Virus record (IMG/VR): IMGVR_UViG_3300042356_000058
Location: 2,506-66,505 of that record
Length of the DNA: 64,000 bases
Origin: a virus
Reading direction: 5' to 3' (one strand)
A program made the position numbers and the translations under genes. Under the pieces are notes generated by a model. It was not told the DNA's origin. It did no database searches and worked only from the letters and a program-made list of their open reading frames with translations. Positions 44,607-53,279 of this stretch are shown here, one piece after another (positions within the stretch are counted from its first letter, which is position 1; every line of letters begins with the position of its first letter).

Positions 44607-47138
44607 TTACGCTGGAAGATATTTGTCAGCACGGCTGTTGGCCGCTACTTTGTTCTTGCCTGTGGTCTTACCCCGTGCTTTTTGAACACGATCCATCATG
44701 GCATACAGTTTACGTGCGCCAGCTTCTGTGGAGCCATTACCCAGCTCAGACACAATACGGGCAGGCACTACAAACTCACCATCGGCAAGGCGTGCGGGTT
44801 GTTGCTTCTGGCCAATGGTTGCAGGGATGCTGTCAGACACGCCATCACCGGGGCCTTTGAGCAAACGACCGCCATCAGAATATGAGCCCAAAGAGCCAAG
44901 ACCGCCACCAACTGCGTAGCCCATCATGCCGCCCATAGCAGCAAGTTCTTTTCCTGAAGCGTCGTACGTCTTGTTATTGTTGCCCAAGTAAGTGCCGTTG
45001 TCTTGTAACACTGCAGTGATGGTTTCAGTGTTATAGCCTGACGAATCAGTTATTGTAATACTAGGAGCTTTGCCTGCTTTAGCGGCTGTAGCTGCAGATG
45101 CAGTCTTCTCGGACTGTGTTTTTGGCTCCACGTACACTGGGTTTTTCACCATCTTGCCGTCAACATTGATATACTTTTTCTTGGTCAGATCGGTGGGATA
45201 GCCAAGAACGGCTTCTTCGTAAGGCTTGGCAATTTCTGTGGCTACAGATCTAGTTGGGTATCTAGCTGCGCCGGGAGTCCCTGCACCTTTGCCGATCAGG
45301 TAGTTGTAAGCCGCCAGTGAGTCGCTGCCCTGTGTGTTGTACAGCTTGTCATGCTCTTCAGGAGTTGTGGGAATGTAGGGGGTGTATCCCAAGCTACCGC
45401 CACCAGCAGTGTAAGCGCTCTTGAGATTTTCTATGCCAGTAAACCCGCCGTATGGACGACCGGGAGCATTGGGTGTTACTGTACGAGAATTGTCTGGGTT
45501 TGTAAGGATATCGCCGGGGGTGGCAATAGACACCGTGTCGCCTTTGTAATCCACACCCGTTTTGTTACCGGAACCATAGTTGCCAAACGCACCGTTGTCA
45601 TAAACAGTAGCACCGGGAAGTTGTACTGCGCCGGGGACAACACTCTGTCTTTGCGCATTGGCGGCATCGTAACGGCGCTGCACTTCGTCTGTGGACAAGC
45701 CAAAAGCTCTAGCGGCATCCAAAACAGAATAGTTATTGGTGTCCATAAAGTTGGCCCAATTTGCGTCAGAAACGTTGCCTTTGAGTTGGTCAGACAAAGC
45801 GTAAGCGCCTTTGTGTATGCCGTATTGCTCTGCAATATCTGCTTTTGAAAACCCTTGCGTTGCGTAGTTAGGGTCAACTGCAGTCATTGCTGCATAGTAC
45901 TCATTAGGGTCAATGCCTTGTGCTGTCAATTGGTTATAAAAACCTGCTGTACCCGAACCGCCTTTTGTTGCTGTTGGATCGGTGTACCCAGAAGTCAGAC
46001 TAGCAATATAGCGATTGACTGCAACGGGGTCAGCGTTAGTAGTTTTAGTTGCCGCAGCAATGTCCGCAGTGGGGTTATCTGTCAGGTACTTACCAATCTG
46101 CTCGTTGGTGTATTGGTTATATGTAGGTGCAGCAGGGGGTGTAAATAAATTGATTCCTAGGCCAGCCAAACCAGAAGTGTCAAACCCTTTGTATGTGTCA
46201 GCCACATCTGCGGCGGTAATTTTGTTTGCTTGCGCAAGTTCATTCACTCGGGCGTAATCACCTGCGGCATAAGCTTTATCAATGTCTGCTTTAACTAAAT
46301 CACCGATAGCAAAATGCTGAACGTCCCCACCATCAGCCAAAGCCACAATACCGCCGCCAGCCATAGGCGTGGCGTATGCGTCAGAGAAGTTACGTGCGCC
46401 CCATTCGCTAGCCAACACCGGAGCTAAAGCGCGGGGGGCTTGTGGGCGATCACCTGCCACATACTGGCGAATGTACGCGGGGTTTGTATTTGTGGGCGCT
46501 TTAGTTGTCGTCGGCACCATCATGTCTGCCATGATTGGCGAAGCTGCTGCGGCTAGGGGCATCATATTGTCTTTAAGAAACGCTCCCGGTGCGGTTTTAA
46601 CGGCATCAAAACCTGCGGATAGCTTATCTATTCCCCCCATACCGCCAACTTTACTCATAGCCGCATCCCGCGCAGCTATAACTTGATCGGAATAGGCTTT
46701 TATTTGTTCTGGGGCTTGCCCTGCCAACGTAGGCATACTAGAAGCAAGTTCCCCTTGTACGGCGGCAGTTTCCAACCCAGCACCCAGACCCGCGCCACCA
46801 TAAGCACCCAGCCCGGCCATGAGGCCCTTAGACAAACTGCCGGTAGCCAAACCCGTAACCCCGCCAACCAGCAAACCTGCAGAAGCCGCACTAGACAAAC
46901 CGCCAAAAGCAATGCCCATACCAGCAGGGCCAAGTGCAAAGCCAGCAATTATTGGCAGTAAAGACTTCAGAAAGTTAGCTTCGGGTAAACCCGTATCTGG
47001 GTTGATTGTCAATGAGCCGCCGTGTTTCATGGCCAAAGCCTGTAGACCCTGCACTTCGTTGGGGGTCATGTGAACAAGCATAGAGTCGCCGTTGCGACCC
47101 TTGGTGGACATGTGGTTGGCTAGTACGTGCAGGCTCAT
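44607..47138 (-). CDS. Putative internal virion/ejection protein
   Basis: N-terminal GRNGDSMLVHM..INPDTGLPE, Gly-rich hydrophobic segment, C-terminal GPGDGVSDSIPA..LADGEFVV; GAGG RBS before ATG 47138. Confidence 0.65.
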   Translation of the reverse strand: MSLHVLANHMSTKGRNGDSMLVHMTPNEVQGLQALAMKHGGSLTINPDTGLPEANFLKSLLPIIAGFALGPAGMGIAFGGLSSAASAGLLVGGVTGLATGSLSKGLMAGLGAYGGAGLGAGLETAAVQGELASSMPTLAGQAPEQIKAYSDQVIAARDAAMSKVGGMGGIDKLSAGFDAVKTAPGAFLKDNMMPLAAAASPIMADMMVPTTTKAPTNTNPAYIRQYVAGDRPQAPRALAPVLASEWGARNFSDAYATPMAGGGIVALADGGDVQHFAIGDLVKADIDKAYAAGDYARVNELAQANKITAADVADTYKGFDTSGLAGLGINLFTPPAAPTYNQYTNEQIGKYLTDNPTADIAAATKTTNADPVAVNRYIASLTSGYTDPTATKGGSGTAGFYNQLTAQGIDPNEYYAAMTAVDPNYATQGFSKADIAEQYGIHKGAYALSDQLKGNVSDANWANFMDTNNYSVLDAARAFGLSTDEVQRRYDAANAQRQSVVPGAVQLPGATVYDNGAFGNYGSGNKTGVDYKGDTVSIATPGDILTNPDNSRTVTPNAPGRPYGGFTGIENLKSAYTAGGGSLGYTPYIPTTPEEHDKLYNTQGSDSLAAYNYLIGKGAGTPGAARYPTRSVATEIAKPYEEAVLGYPTDLTKKKYINVDGKMVKNPVYVEPKTQSEKTASAATAAKAGKAPSITITDSSGYNTETITAVLQDNGTYLGNNNKTYDASGKELAAMGGMMGYAVGGGLGSLGSYSDGGRLLKGPGDGVSDSIPATIGQKQQPARLADGEFVVPARIVSELGNGSTEAGARKLYAMMDRVQKARGKTTGKNKVAANSRADKYLPA

Positions 47139-47172
47139 AGTTGCCTCTCGGTATGGGGGTTGATTGAGTTTA

Positions 47173-47835
47173 TCATGTTGGGAGCGCAGACACAAATGAC
47201 ATTGTTGCAATGGCTGACGGTATTGCTGGTCGTGTGGGGCTGGCGCTGGCGGGGTATTGCTCAATAGAAACACCCGTATCAGTTGTTCTCCATACTATTT
47301 CAATATAGTCGGTTGCGTTTAAACTTGCAAAATAATTAAGCGCTGCAATGATGTGGTATGGATCACTGGGAGATTTTCTTGGGGCCAAACCAAAACGGCT
47401 GTTTGAGTTATCCACGTTTGTGCCATTAACCTGAAACCAAATGTCTACATCTTGAGAAGCGTTTGTAGTGTTTGTTAGTTGAATGGAAAACTGCAAGTTG
47501 TATATTCCGGCATCGGTTACAGTAATTCTGCTATTGCTGGCTACACTCACACCATTTGAAAAGTCTGTAGTGTTAAATGTAATTGGATAGGCAACAGTTG
47601 TGCTGGCAGCTGATTGGTCTGTGGAATCTTGAAACGCGCCGTAAGGCACGCGCAACCCCGCTGTAGTTGTAGCGGTGTTTAGCTCTCTTGTAAAGTTATC
47701 AAGCTGGTTAAAATACAAACGTAGGACGTTGTTAAGCTGTTCAATGTAGCGTGAGCTGTACTCTTTAGGCGCTAACGGCAAGTTAGGCGCAGGTACCCGA
47801 TTAAGATCGTACTCTGTAGTAACAACAAGAGTCAT
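47173..47835 (-). CDS. Virion protein with C1q/BclA-like beta C-terminal domain
   Basis: PNLPLAP..LRLYF N-terminus; YGAF..ITFNTT..GIYNLQFSIQ. Confidence 0.6.
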   Translation of the reverse strand: MTLVVTTEYDLNRVPAPNLPLAPKEYSSRYIEQLNNVLRLYFNQLDNFTRELNTATTTAGLRVPYGAFQDSTDQSAASTTVAYPITFNTTDFSNGVSVASNSRITVTDAGIYNLQFSIQLTNTTNASQDVDIWFQVNGTNVDNSNSRFGLAPRKSPSDPYHIIAALNYFASLNATDYIEIVWRTTDTGVSIEQYPASASPTRPAIPSAIATMSFVSALPT

Positions 47836-50240
47836 CGTCTGCCATCCGGTCTAATATCAATACGCGTTGCGCCAAGCTGCCACTGCGTGCCGAGGGTGTT
47901 GGATGCCGCTTTAAGAATTAACTGGCGACCACGTAGGCGTGTATTGACTTGTCCTGTAAAGCCTTCAGTGATTGTATACTGAACACCCGTAAGTTGATCT
48001 ACGTTAGCCGCCACAGGCGTGCTTGTCCCAGAACCCGAGTTCTGCATCGGATAGACAGTTAGCGTTAGCTGCGCCGTTACATCAGGGTCTGAGCCAGAGA
48101 AACTCAAGTCGGGAAGCATGCGCCACACAAAGCCAAAGTTGTGGCCGTCTCCAATGTCAAACTCAGACGATGAAATGTATGCGTCAATTGCAGTGGGCGT
48201 GCCCGTAGCGTTATCGTCTACACCACTCTCATGGTCAACAAGATTGCCTGAAGTAGTTGCAATTGTATATGTAGCCCCAATTGGATAATTACGCAAGCCA
48301 GAGTCAAGCCAAGCTGTTCGCACCATAGTGCCGTAATACCAAACGTTTTCAATGTAGTTGTACACCACATACTTATCAATCGTAGTGCTATTGGCCGAGC
48401 AGTAGAACCACCACACTTCGTTAAAGCCTTCGTTGGTTCCCGCAAACACCTGATAACTTTGATTTAAATTTATATCTTGATAAACGTATTTACGCAAATC
48501 GCAATTCAATGTTTGTATACGACCGTCATATACGTAGAATTTATCAACCCCCATCCAGTACACAATGCCTGAAGCTACGATTGCTGCATTAGGGCCAAGA
48601 ATAGAAATATTGTCACCCAAGAGCTGTGAACTCCACACAAACGGAGCGCCCAAGAACTGAAGCGAATACACAGAAGCGTCTGTAAACACCACGATCTCTT
48701 GACGAGTTTGAATAAATGAAACTATCTTTGAGCCGTGTGACAGGCGAATACTGCCTGCTTGATTTGTGATTGCCGGTGTCCACATGGTGGGGTTTTCCTG
48801 ATCCGACCAGCGAATCAGCATGGGGTCTTGTACCGTACTACCATAATCGTTACTGCCAAACGCAAATACAAATCTACTTGCATCCGAAACAAGAATTCCG
48901 TTTTGTATAGTTGGAACATCAGATGCGCCAGCTAATGCCGTTAAAGGTATCCCGCGCAGTGATAGCGTTTGAACACCAGACTGTGTGCCTGATGTGTTAA
49001 TGACGGTAGAAAGAGTGTAAGTTAAGCCTGTCGGTGTACCAGCAGTTGTTACGACACCAGAGCCGCCCGATGTAGTGGACAACGTAAATGTTGTAGAGCC
49101 ATTGGTTGCAATGATGTAGTACGTTGTGGGGTCGACGTAACCTGTGATTGTGCCCGTACCGCCAAGCGTGCCGCTAATTGTAATTGACTGCCCAATAGAC
49201 AGGGCAGGGGACATAGCTGTGCAAGAGAACTGCCCAGCAATACCCGTAATTGCTACACCACTAAGAGTAGTGGTAGCGCTGGACGCCACCGCAGATGTGC
49301 GCAAAGTAATTGTAGTCGTAGTCGGTACTGATGCTACGTAATATGTGATGTTGGGGTATAAAGGCGTTGGTAAAGCACCCGTAGTATCCAGCTGGATTGC
49401 ATCGCTAATTGACAACCCGTGCGGGGTTTGAAACGTTAACACCGCAGGTGCCGCAATAGTGATAGTAAAAATTTGTCCTGTTAACTGGGGGCTAGCCCGC
49501 CAATAATAAATACCGCCAGCCAAAGGTGCAAAAATTAAATCTTCACCAAAATTGCTTTGCGTCCATAAACGCAAGCTAGAAGCGTCAGGCAAACCCGTCC
49601 CCCAAAGTCCTAGCCCCCACCCGCCAGCGCCCCAACCAACCAACGGCACTTCAAATGAAGGCCCAATTGGGATTTGATAAGAAGCTATGACAGACGCGCC
49701 TCCGCCGGGGGAACCCGCCGTATCAGTTGCGTTAGCTGCTACTGCAACATTAATTGTGTAAGAGCTGGTATTAATAACTGTTACTTGGTATTCAGCGTTT
49801 AATACTGCCGCCGTAATATTACCTCCCAAGCCAACTGCCCCATAAAACGTTACAAAATCGCCCGTGGCGGCTCCATGATCTGCATCAGTGACTGTAATAG
49901 TTTGTGAGCTTGTAGTGGCTACAAATGGATTGTTACCAATGACAGAAGAAGCGCGTATGGGTGTAATGTCGTAATAAGCTCCGCCATTTTCAATGTAAAA
50001 TTTTAAATTAGTGCCAACGCCAATTAAATTTAAAAAAGAAAGTGTGACCCAATTCCACAAAGAACGACATACCCCTAGAAAATAATTTGTGGAAATTTGT
50101 ACCCATCCACCAATCTTCTCTGGCGTACCTTGACGAAAGCGTACTTTGTCGCACTCATACCATCCACCCTCAGTGGTGTATCGAGTATTCTCCCGGTTGA
50201 CGCCCGGCTTAAACAGTACTTTTTGTAACGGCATTGGCAA
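47832..50240 (-). CDS. Tail nozzle/stabilisation protein with inserted beta modules
   Basis: IRWSDQE, YWMG..FYVYDG, EVWWFY, YNY.E.VW beta-propeller-like motifs. Confidence 0.65.
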   Translation of the reverse strand: MPMPLQKVLFKPGVNRENTRYTTEGGWYECDKVRFRQGTPEKIGGWVQISTNYFLGVCRSLWNWVTLSFLNLIGVGTNLKFYIENGGAYYDITPIRASSVIGNNPFVATTSSQTITVTDADHGAATGDFVTFYGAVGLGGNITAAVLNAEYQVTVINTSSYTINVAVAANATDTAGSPGGGASVIASYQIPIGPSFEVPLVGWGAGGWGLGLWGTGLPDASSLRLWTQSNFGEDLIFAPLAGGIYYWRASPQLTGQIFTITIAAPAVLTFQTPHGLSISDAIQLDTTGALPTPLYPNITYYVASVPTTTTITLRTSAVASSATTTLSGVAITGIAGQFSCTAMSPALSIGQSITISGTLGGTGTITGYVDPTTYYIIATNGSTTFTLSTTSGGSGVVTTAGTPTGLTYTLSTVINTSGTQSGVQTLSLRGIPLTALAGASDVPTIQNGILVSDASRFVFAFGSNDYGSTVQDPMLIRWSDQENPTMWTPAITNQAGSIRLSHGSKIVSFIQTRQEIVVFTDASVYSLQFLGAPFVWSSQLLGDNISILGPNAAIVASGIVYWMGVDKFYVYDGRIQTLNCDLRKYVYQDINLNQSYQVFAGTNEGFNEVWWFYCSANSTTIDKYVVYNYIENVWYYGTMVRTAWLDSGLRNYPIGATYTIATTSGNLVDHESGVDDNATGTPTAIDAYISSSEFDIGDGHNFGFVWRMLPDLSFSGSDPDVTAQLTLTVYPMQNSGSGTSTPVAANVDQLTGVQYTITEGFTGQVNTRLRGRQLILKAASNTLGTQWQLGATRIDIRPDGRR

Positions 50241-50243
50241 CCT

Positions 50244-50681
50244 TTATTTACTGGCAACGCCTTTGGTCTTCTCAAAAGAACGCATACCGGCAATGCCCAA
50301 GATGCCTGATAATATCACCCAAAGCTGGTCTGCGTCTAGTACTGGAGGGGGATCCATACCCACAGGAACCCAGCCCATAGCTTGTAAATATTTCCATGCC
50401 CACTGGAACAGTGGATACAGTAGAAACTGATAGCCCATAGCCGCCACACCGATCCATCCAATGGCAGGACGCCAGCCGGAAACGAACACACTGGATGACG
50501 CAGCTTCAATCTTGTTGACCTCAATCTGCGCTAGGTCTGTGGCTTGGTCAATGCGCTTTTCTTCAAGATCAAGCTTACGTTGCTCAATCTCCATTTCCAT
50601 TTTTTCTTTGTCGGTGGTAATCAGGTCGCCTGCAACCTTACCAACAGCTTCAATAATTGATCCAACGGCAAGCAAGCTCAT
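50244..50681 (-). CDS. Holin (3TM / GTA-holin-like)
   Basis: GWRPAIGW, hydrophobic helices, LGIAGMRSFEK; ATGA-coupled to the endolysin. Confidence 0.8.
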   Translation of the reverse strand: MSLLAVGSIIEAVGKVAGDLITTDKEKMEMEIEQRKLDLEEKRIDQATDLAQIEVNKIEAASSSVFVSGWRPAIGWIGVAAMGYQFLLYPLFQWAWKYLQAMGWVPVGMDPPPVLDADQLWVILSGILGIAGMRSFEKTKGVASK

Positions 50682-51193
50682 TTCAAACCTTTCAATGTAC
50701 GGTTCAGCCAACCCTTCAGGAACTTAACCTGCACGGGGTTCTTGTTGCAGATCTCTACGTACCGCGCAATCTTGGCTAAAGCGTACTGCTCTTTAAACCT
50801 TTGGCCGTCAGGTATCTGGTTAAGTTTCTCAACAGTCTTAGCCCCAATACCGCCGTCTGGCGTAGCACCAACAACCAACTGAGCCAGCTTGACCGCCATG
50901 CCCATGCCTGCGTTTACACCAAAGTTAAAGATGGTGTTGGCAACATCTTGGTTGAGGATTTCGTTACCGCGCATCTTGTCCCAAAACTCCACACGGTAGA
51001 ACTCACGCACCATGGGTGTCAAAGAGCCGCCCATTTCCTTTTTGTCTACAAGCGCCCAACCGGGCCACTGCGGGTTTTTGTTACGGGCAATGCCAGCGTA
51101 GGTCATGCCACCCGTGTCGCCGGGAACTTCATGAAGGACGTAGCCACCCTCGTCAGCCATCATTAACTCAAAAGCAGGTTCAAACTGGGCCAT
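50678..51193 (-). CDS. Endolysin, GH108 lysozyme with peptidoglycan-binding domain
   Basis: EGGY...D.GG.T..GI, FGVNAG, DGGIG.KT, FLKGWLNR. Confidence 0.9.
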   Translation of the reverse strand: MAQFEPAFELMMADEGGYVLHEVPGDTGGMTYAGIARNKNPQWPGWALVDKKEMGGSLTPMVREFYRVEFWDKMRGNEILNQDVANTIFNFGVNAGMGMAVKLAQLVVGATPDGGIGAKTVEKLNQIPDGQRFKEQYALAKIARYVEICNKNPVQVKFLKGWLNRTLKGLK

Positions 51194-51203
51194 TACTTCT
51201 CCT

Positions 51204-51815
51204 TTATTGTTTGCTTTTACTAAGCATGTTACTGGCAATCTGTAGCATTCCAATCGCCTTGGTTAAGTCCTTGGGTTCTTTATCCCAACCCACCGTGATC
51301 TGTCCAACAAACCTGCCCTGCTCTGGGGGTACGCTGACACGGCATCCAAACTTCACACCTTTGTCAATGTACCAAAGCCCAATCTCACTCTGAGGCACGT
51401 TGTATTCACTGCAAGGAATCTCATTAGCCATCAAAGCTACAACATCGCGGTTGTTGGCTGAACTCTGTGTAAACAGCCCCACATCCAAACCTTCGTGCGT
51501 TCTTTCCCTGCCTTCGCGGGTGTATGCACGGTACAAAATCCTTGTCCCAAACAACGGGTTTACTTTAAAGATGGCGACCACCGTTGCATTGGTGTTTTTA
51601 AACAGGTGCGCTGCAACATCTTCTGCCCTGTCTTCTGCAATCGCGGGCAGTTTCTTGTTCTCTTTATACGCTTCAAATAGGAACGCTTGGTTCTGCCAAA
51701 TGAAATACCCAGAGAAAGCAAACACGGCCATGAGCACCAAGGCAAACAACTTGAACGGGCTATCCACATAGGACAGCACCTTGCTTAGAACGTCTGCTGG
51801 CTTCTCGTCACTCAC
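51204..51815 (-). CDS. Single-TM protein with GAF-like C-terminal domain; T4 holin T-like candidate
   Basis: One TM helix then about 160 aa soluble domain; directly upstream of the endolysin. Confidence 0.5.
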   Translation of the reverse strand: MSDEKPADVLSKVLSYVDSPFKLFALVLMAVFAFSGYFIWQNQAFLFEAYKENKKLPAIAEDRAEDVAAHLFKNTNATVVAIFKVNPLFGTRILYRAYTREGRERTHEGLDVGLFTQSSANNRDVVALMANEIPCSEYNVPQSEIGLWYIDKGVKFGCRVSVPPEQGRFVGQITVGWDKEPKDLTKAIGMLQIASNMLSKSKQ

Positions 51816-51961
51816 AATCCCATCCTTCCAAGTAGCGCATTCACAATGCGGTCTGAAATAAAGTTTGGCAACACTGTAATCACATCCAGAAACAAGTTAG
51901 CTGCCCACCACGTACCAACAATCTTAAACGCCATATCAGCGGTCTTCTGGTACTCATTCAT
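51812..51961 (-). CDS. Small hydrophobic protein (49 aa)
   Basis: MNEYQKTADMAFKIVGTWWAANLFLDVITVLP...; GTGA-coupled. Confidence 0.55.
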   Translation of the reverse strand: MNEYQKTADMAFKIVGTWWAANLFLDVITVLPNFISDRIVNALLGRMGL

Positions 51962-52043
51962 CAACCAAATATGGGTAAACCACTATCCAAAAAAAGTAAT
52001 TTAAAGGAACAGCAGACCAAAGCAATACATCAAAAATTGTCAT
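51954..52043 (-). CDS. Small membrane peptide (29 aa)
   Basis: MTIFDVLLWSAVPLNYFFWIVVYPYLVDE; overlaps both neighbours. Confidence 0.45.
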   Translation of the reverse strand: MTIFDVLLWSAVPLNYFFWIVVYPYLVDE

Positions 52044-52531
52044 CTTCCACACCTGTTGGTAGCGCAGTGGTCTAAGATTTCAAAGATACCGTACGCACTC
52101 ATCAGAAGAGTTAAAACAAGCCCACCAATTAACAAGCCAAGTTCCAAGTCCTCTTGGTCGGCTTTCTTTTTTCTTGCGGCGGATTCTTTTTCACGCCTAG
52201 CGTTGTGTGCGTCTTCTATGTCACTTGCGGCGGCTCTGGCTTTAATCCTCGCCCACACGTCCATTTTGTTTGCTTGGAAGAACAGTAACTCCACGCTTTT
52301 CTCAAACTCACGGGCCTGCTCCAAAGCCAACTCAATCTGCAAGGCCGTGCCCATAGAAGAGCCGCCTTTTTTCTTTGACTCTGCAACCGCTTTGTTAGCA
52401 TCTGACTTGGCGTTAAAGTACTTGCCGAGCAGTGGGCCGAGCGAAGCTACGTCATCCACAGTCTTGGATGCTTGCTTAATTAACTTAACAGCACTCTGGA
52501 TTCCCGCCAGTGCGGTTATGGGATCAATCAC
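52040..52531 (-). CDS. Hypothetical protein with C-terminal TM helix (163 aa)
   Basis: (M)IDPITALAG start, helical body, C-terminal hydrophobic segment. Confidence 0.7.
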   Translation of the reverse strand: MIDPITALAGIQSAVKLIKQASKTVDDVASLGPLLGKYFNAKSDANKAVAESKKKGGSSMGTALQIELALEQAREFEKSVELLFFQANKMDVWARIKARAAASDIEDAHNARREKESAARKKKADQEDLELGLLIGGLVLTLLMSAYGIFEILDHCATNRCGR

Positions 52532-52620
52532 GGGAATGCCCAAAGAACAATATAACTGCCCGCTACGACAAAGCAGGCTACACAGGCTGCGGCAATGATT
52601 GCTTCAAACCAGTCCCACAT
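52528..52620 (-). CDS. Small membrane peptide (30 aa)
   Basis: MWDWFEAIIAAACVACFVVAGSYIVLWAFP; TAAGG RBS; GTGA-coupled. Confidence 0.55.
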   Translation of the reverse strand: MWDWFEAIIAAACVACFVVAGSYIVLWAFP

Positions 52621-53278
52621 CATTAACCTTAATTGGTTTAATAAATTCAGCAAAATTGTTTACATACGTTTTTTGTCCAATATGAGCGCAAGTCATTGAA
52701 GGGTCAATCCAAACCTTTCCGCCACATGCCCGCCACGCTTGGCAAAACGCATTGTCTTCACTAACCAACTCGCCATCAAAAGACAGCTTAACATTAAACA
52801 CAAGCCTATTTGCTACGCCGTGGTTTGTATATGGCTCACTAACTTCCCAGACCTGTTGCAAAGCCTTCTTAGAAATTCGCATGAACCCAGTGCCAACGCA
52901 CTCAACTTCTAACAAATCATTTTCAGGCGCTAACAAACCTTGAGGCAGCATCTTGACGTTAAAGTCAATGTTGACATCGGACTTCTTTGGTACAGTCCCT
53001 GCCACTACATCTACCGGATGATTGAGCAAACGAAAGACCCACTCCGGCTCCCATGCCTGATCGGAGTCAATAAATATTAAATCATCACAGTCTGTTTCCA
53101 AAGCCATGCGAACCAAATCATTCCTTGCTCTTTGGATAAGGGCATCATGGGCAATCTGCACCGGATACAGCGCCGCCTGATTCTGAGCAGCAAGACTCAT
53201 GGTTCCCAGCAAAGAATGCAGGAACTCCACATGTACTTTGCCGTCATAGCACGGCGTTCCAATTAAGACTTTTCTCAT
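52604..53278 (-). CDS. GT-A fold glycosyltransferase-like protein
   Basis: IGTPCY, ARN.L, FIDSD (DxD), GTGFMRI, SED..FC, HIG. Confidence 0.8.
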   Translation of the reverse strand: MRKVLIGTPCYDGKVHVEFLHSLLGTMSLAAQNQAALYPVQIAHDALIQRARNDLVRMALETDCDDLIFIDSDQAWEPEWVFRLLNHPVDVVAGTVPKKSDVNIDFNVKMLPQGLLAPENDLLEVECVGTGFMRISKKALQQVWEVSEPYTNHGVANRLVFNVKLSFDGELVSEDNAFCQAWRACGGKVWIDPSMTCAHIGQKTYVNNFAEFIKPIKVNDVGLV

Positions 53279-53279
53279 G

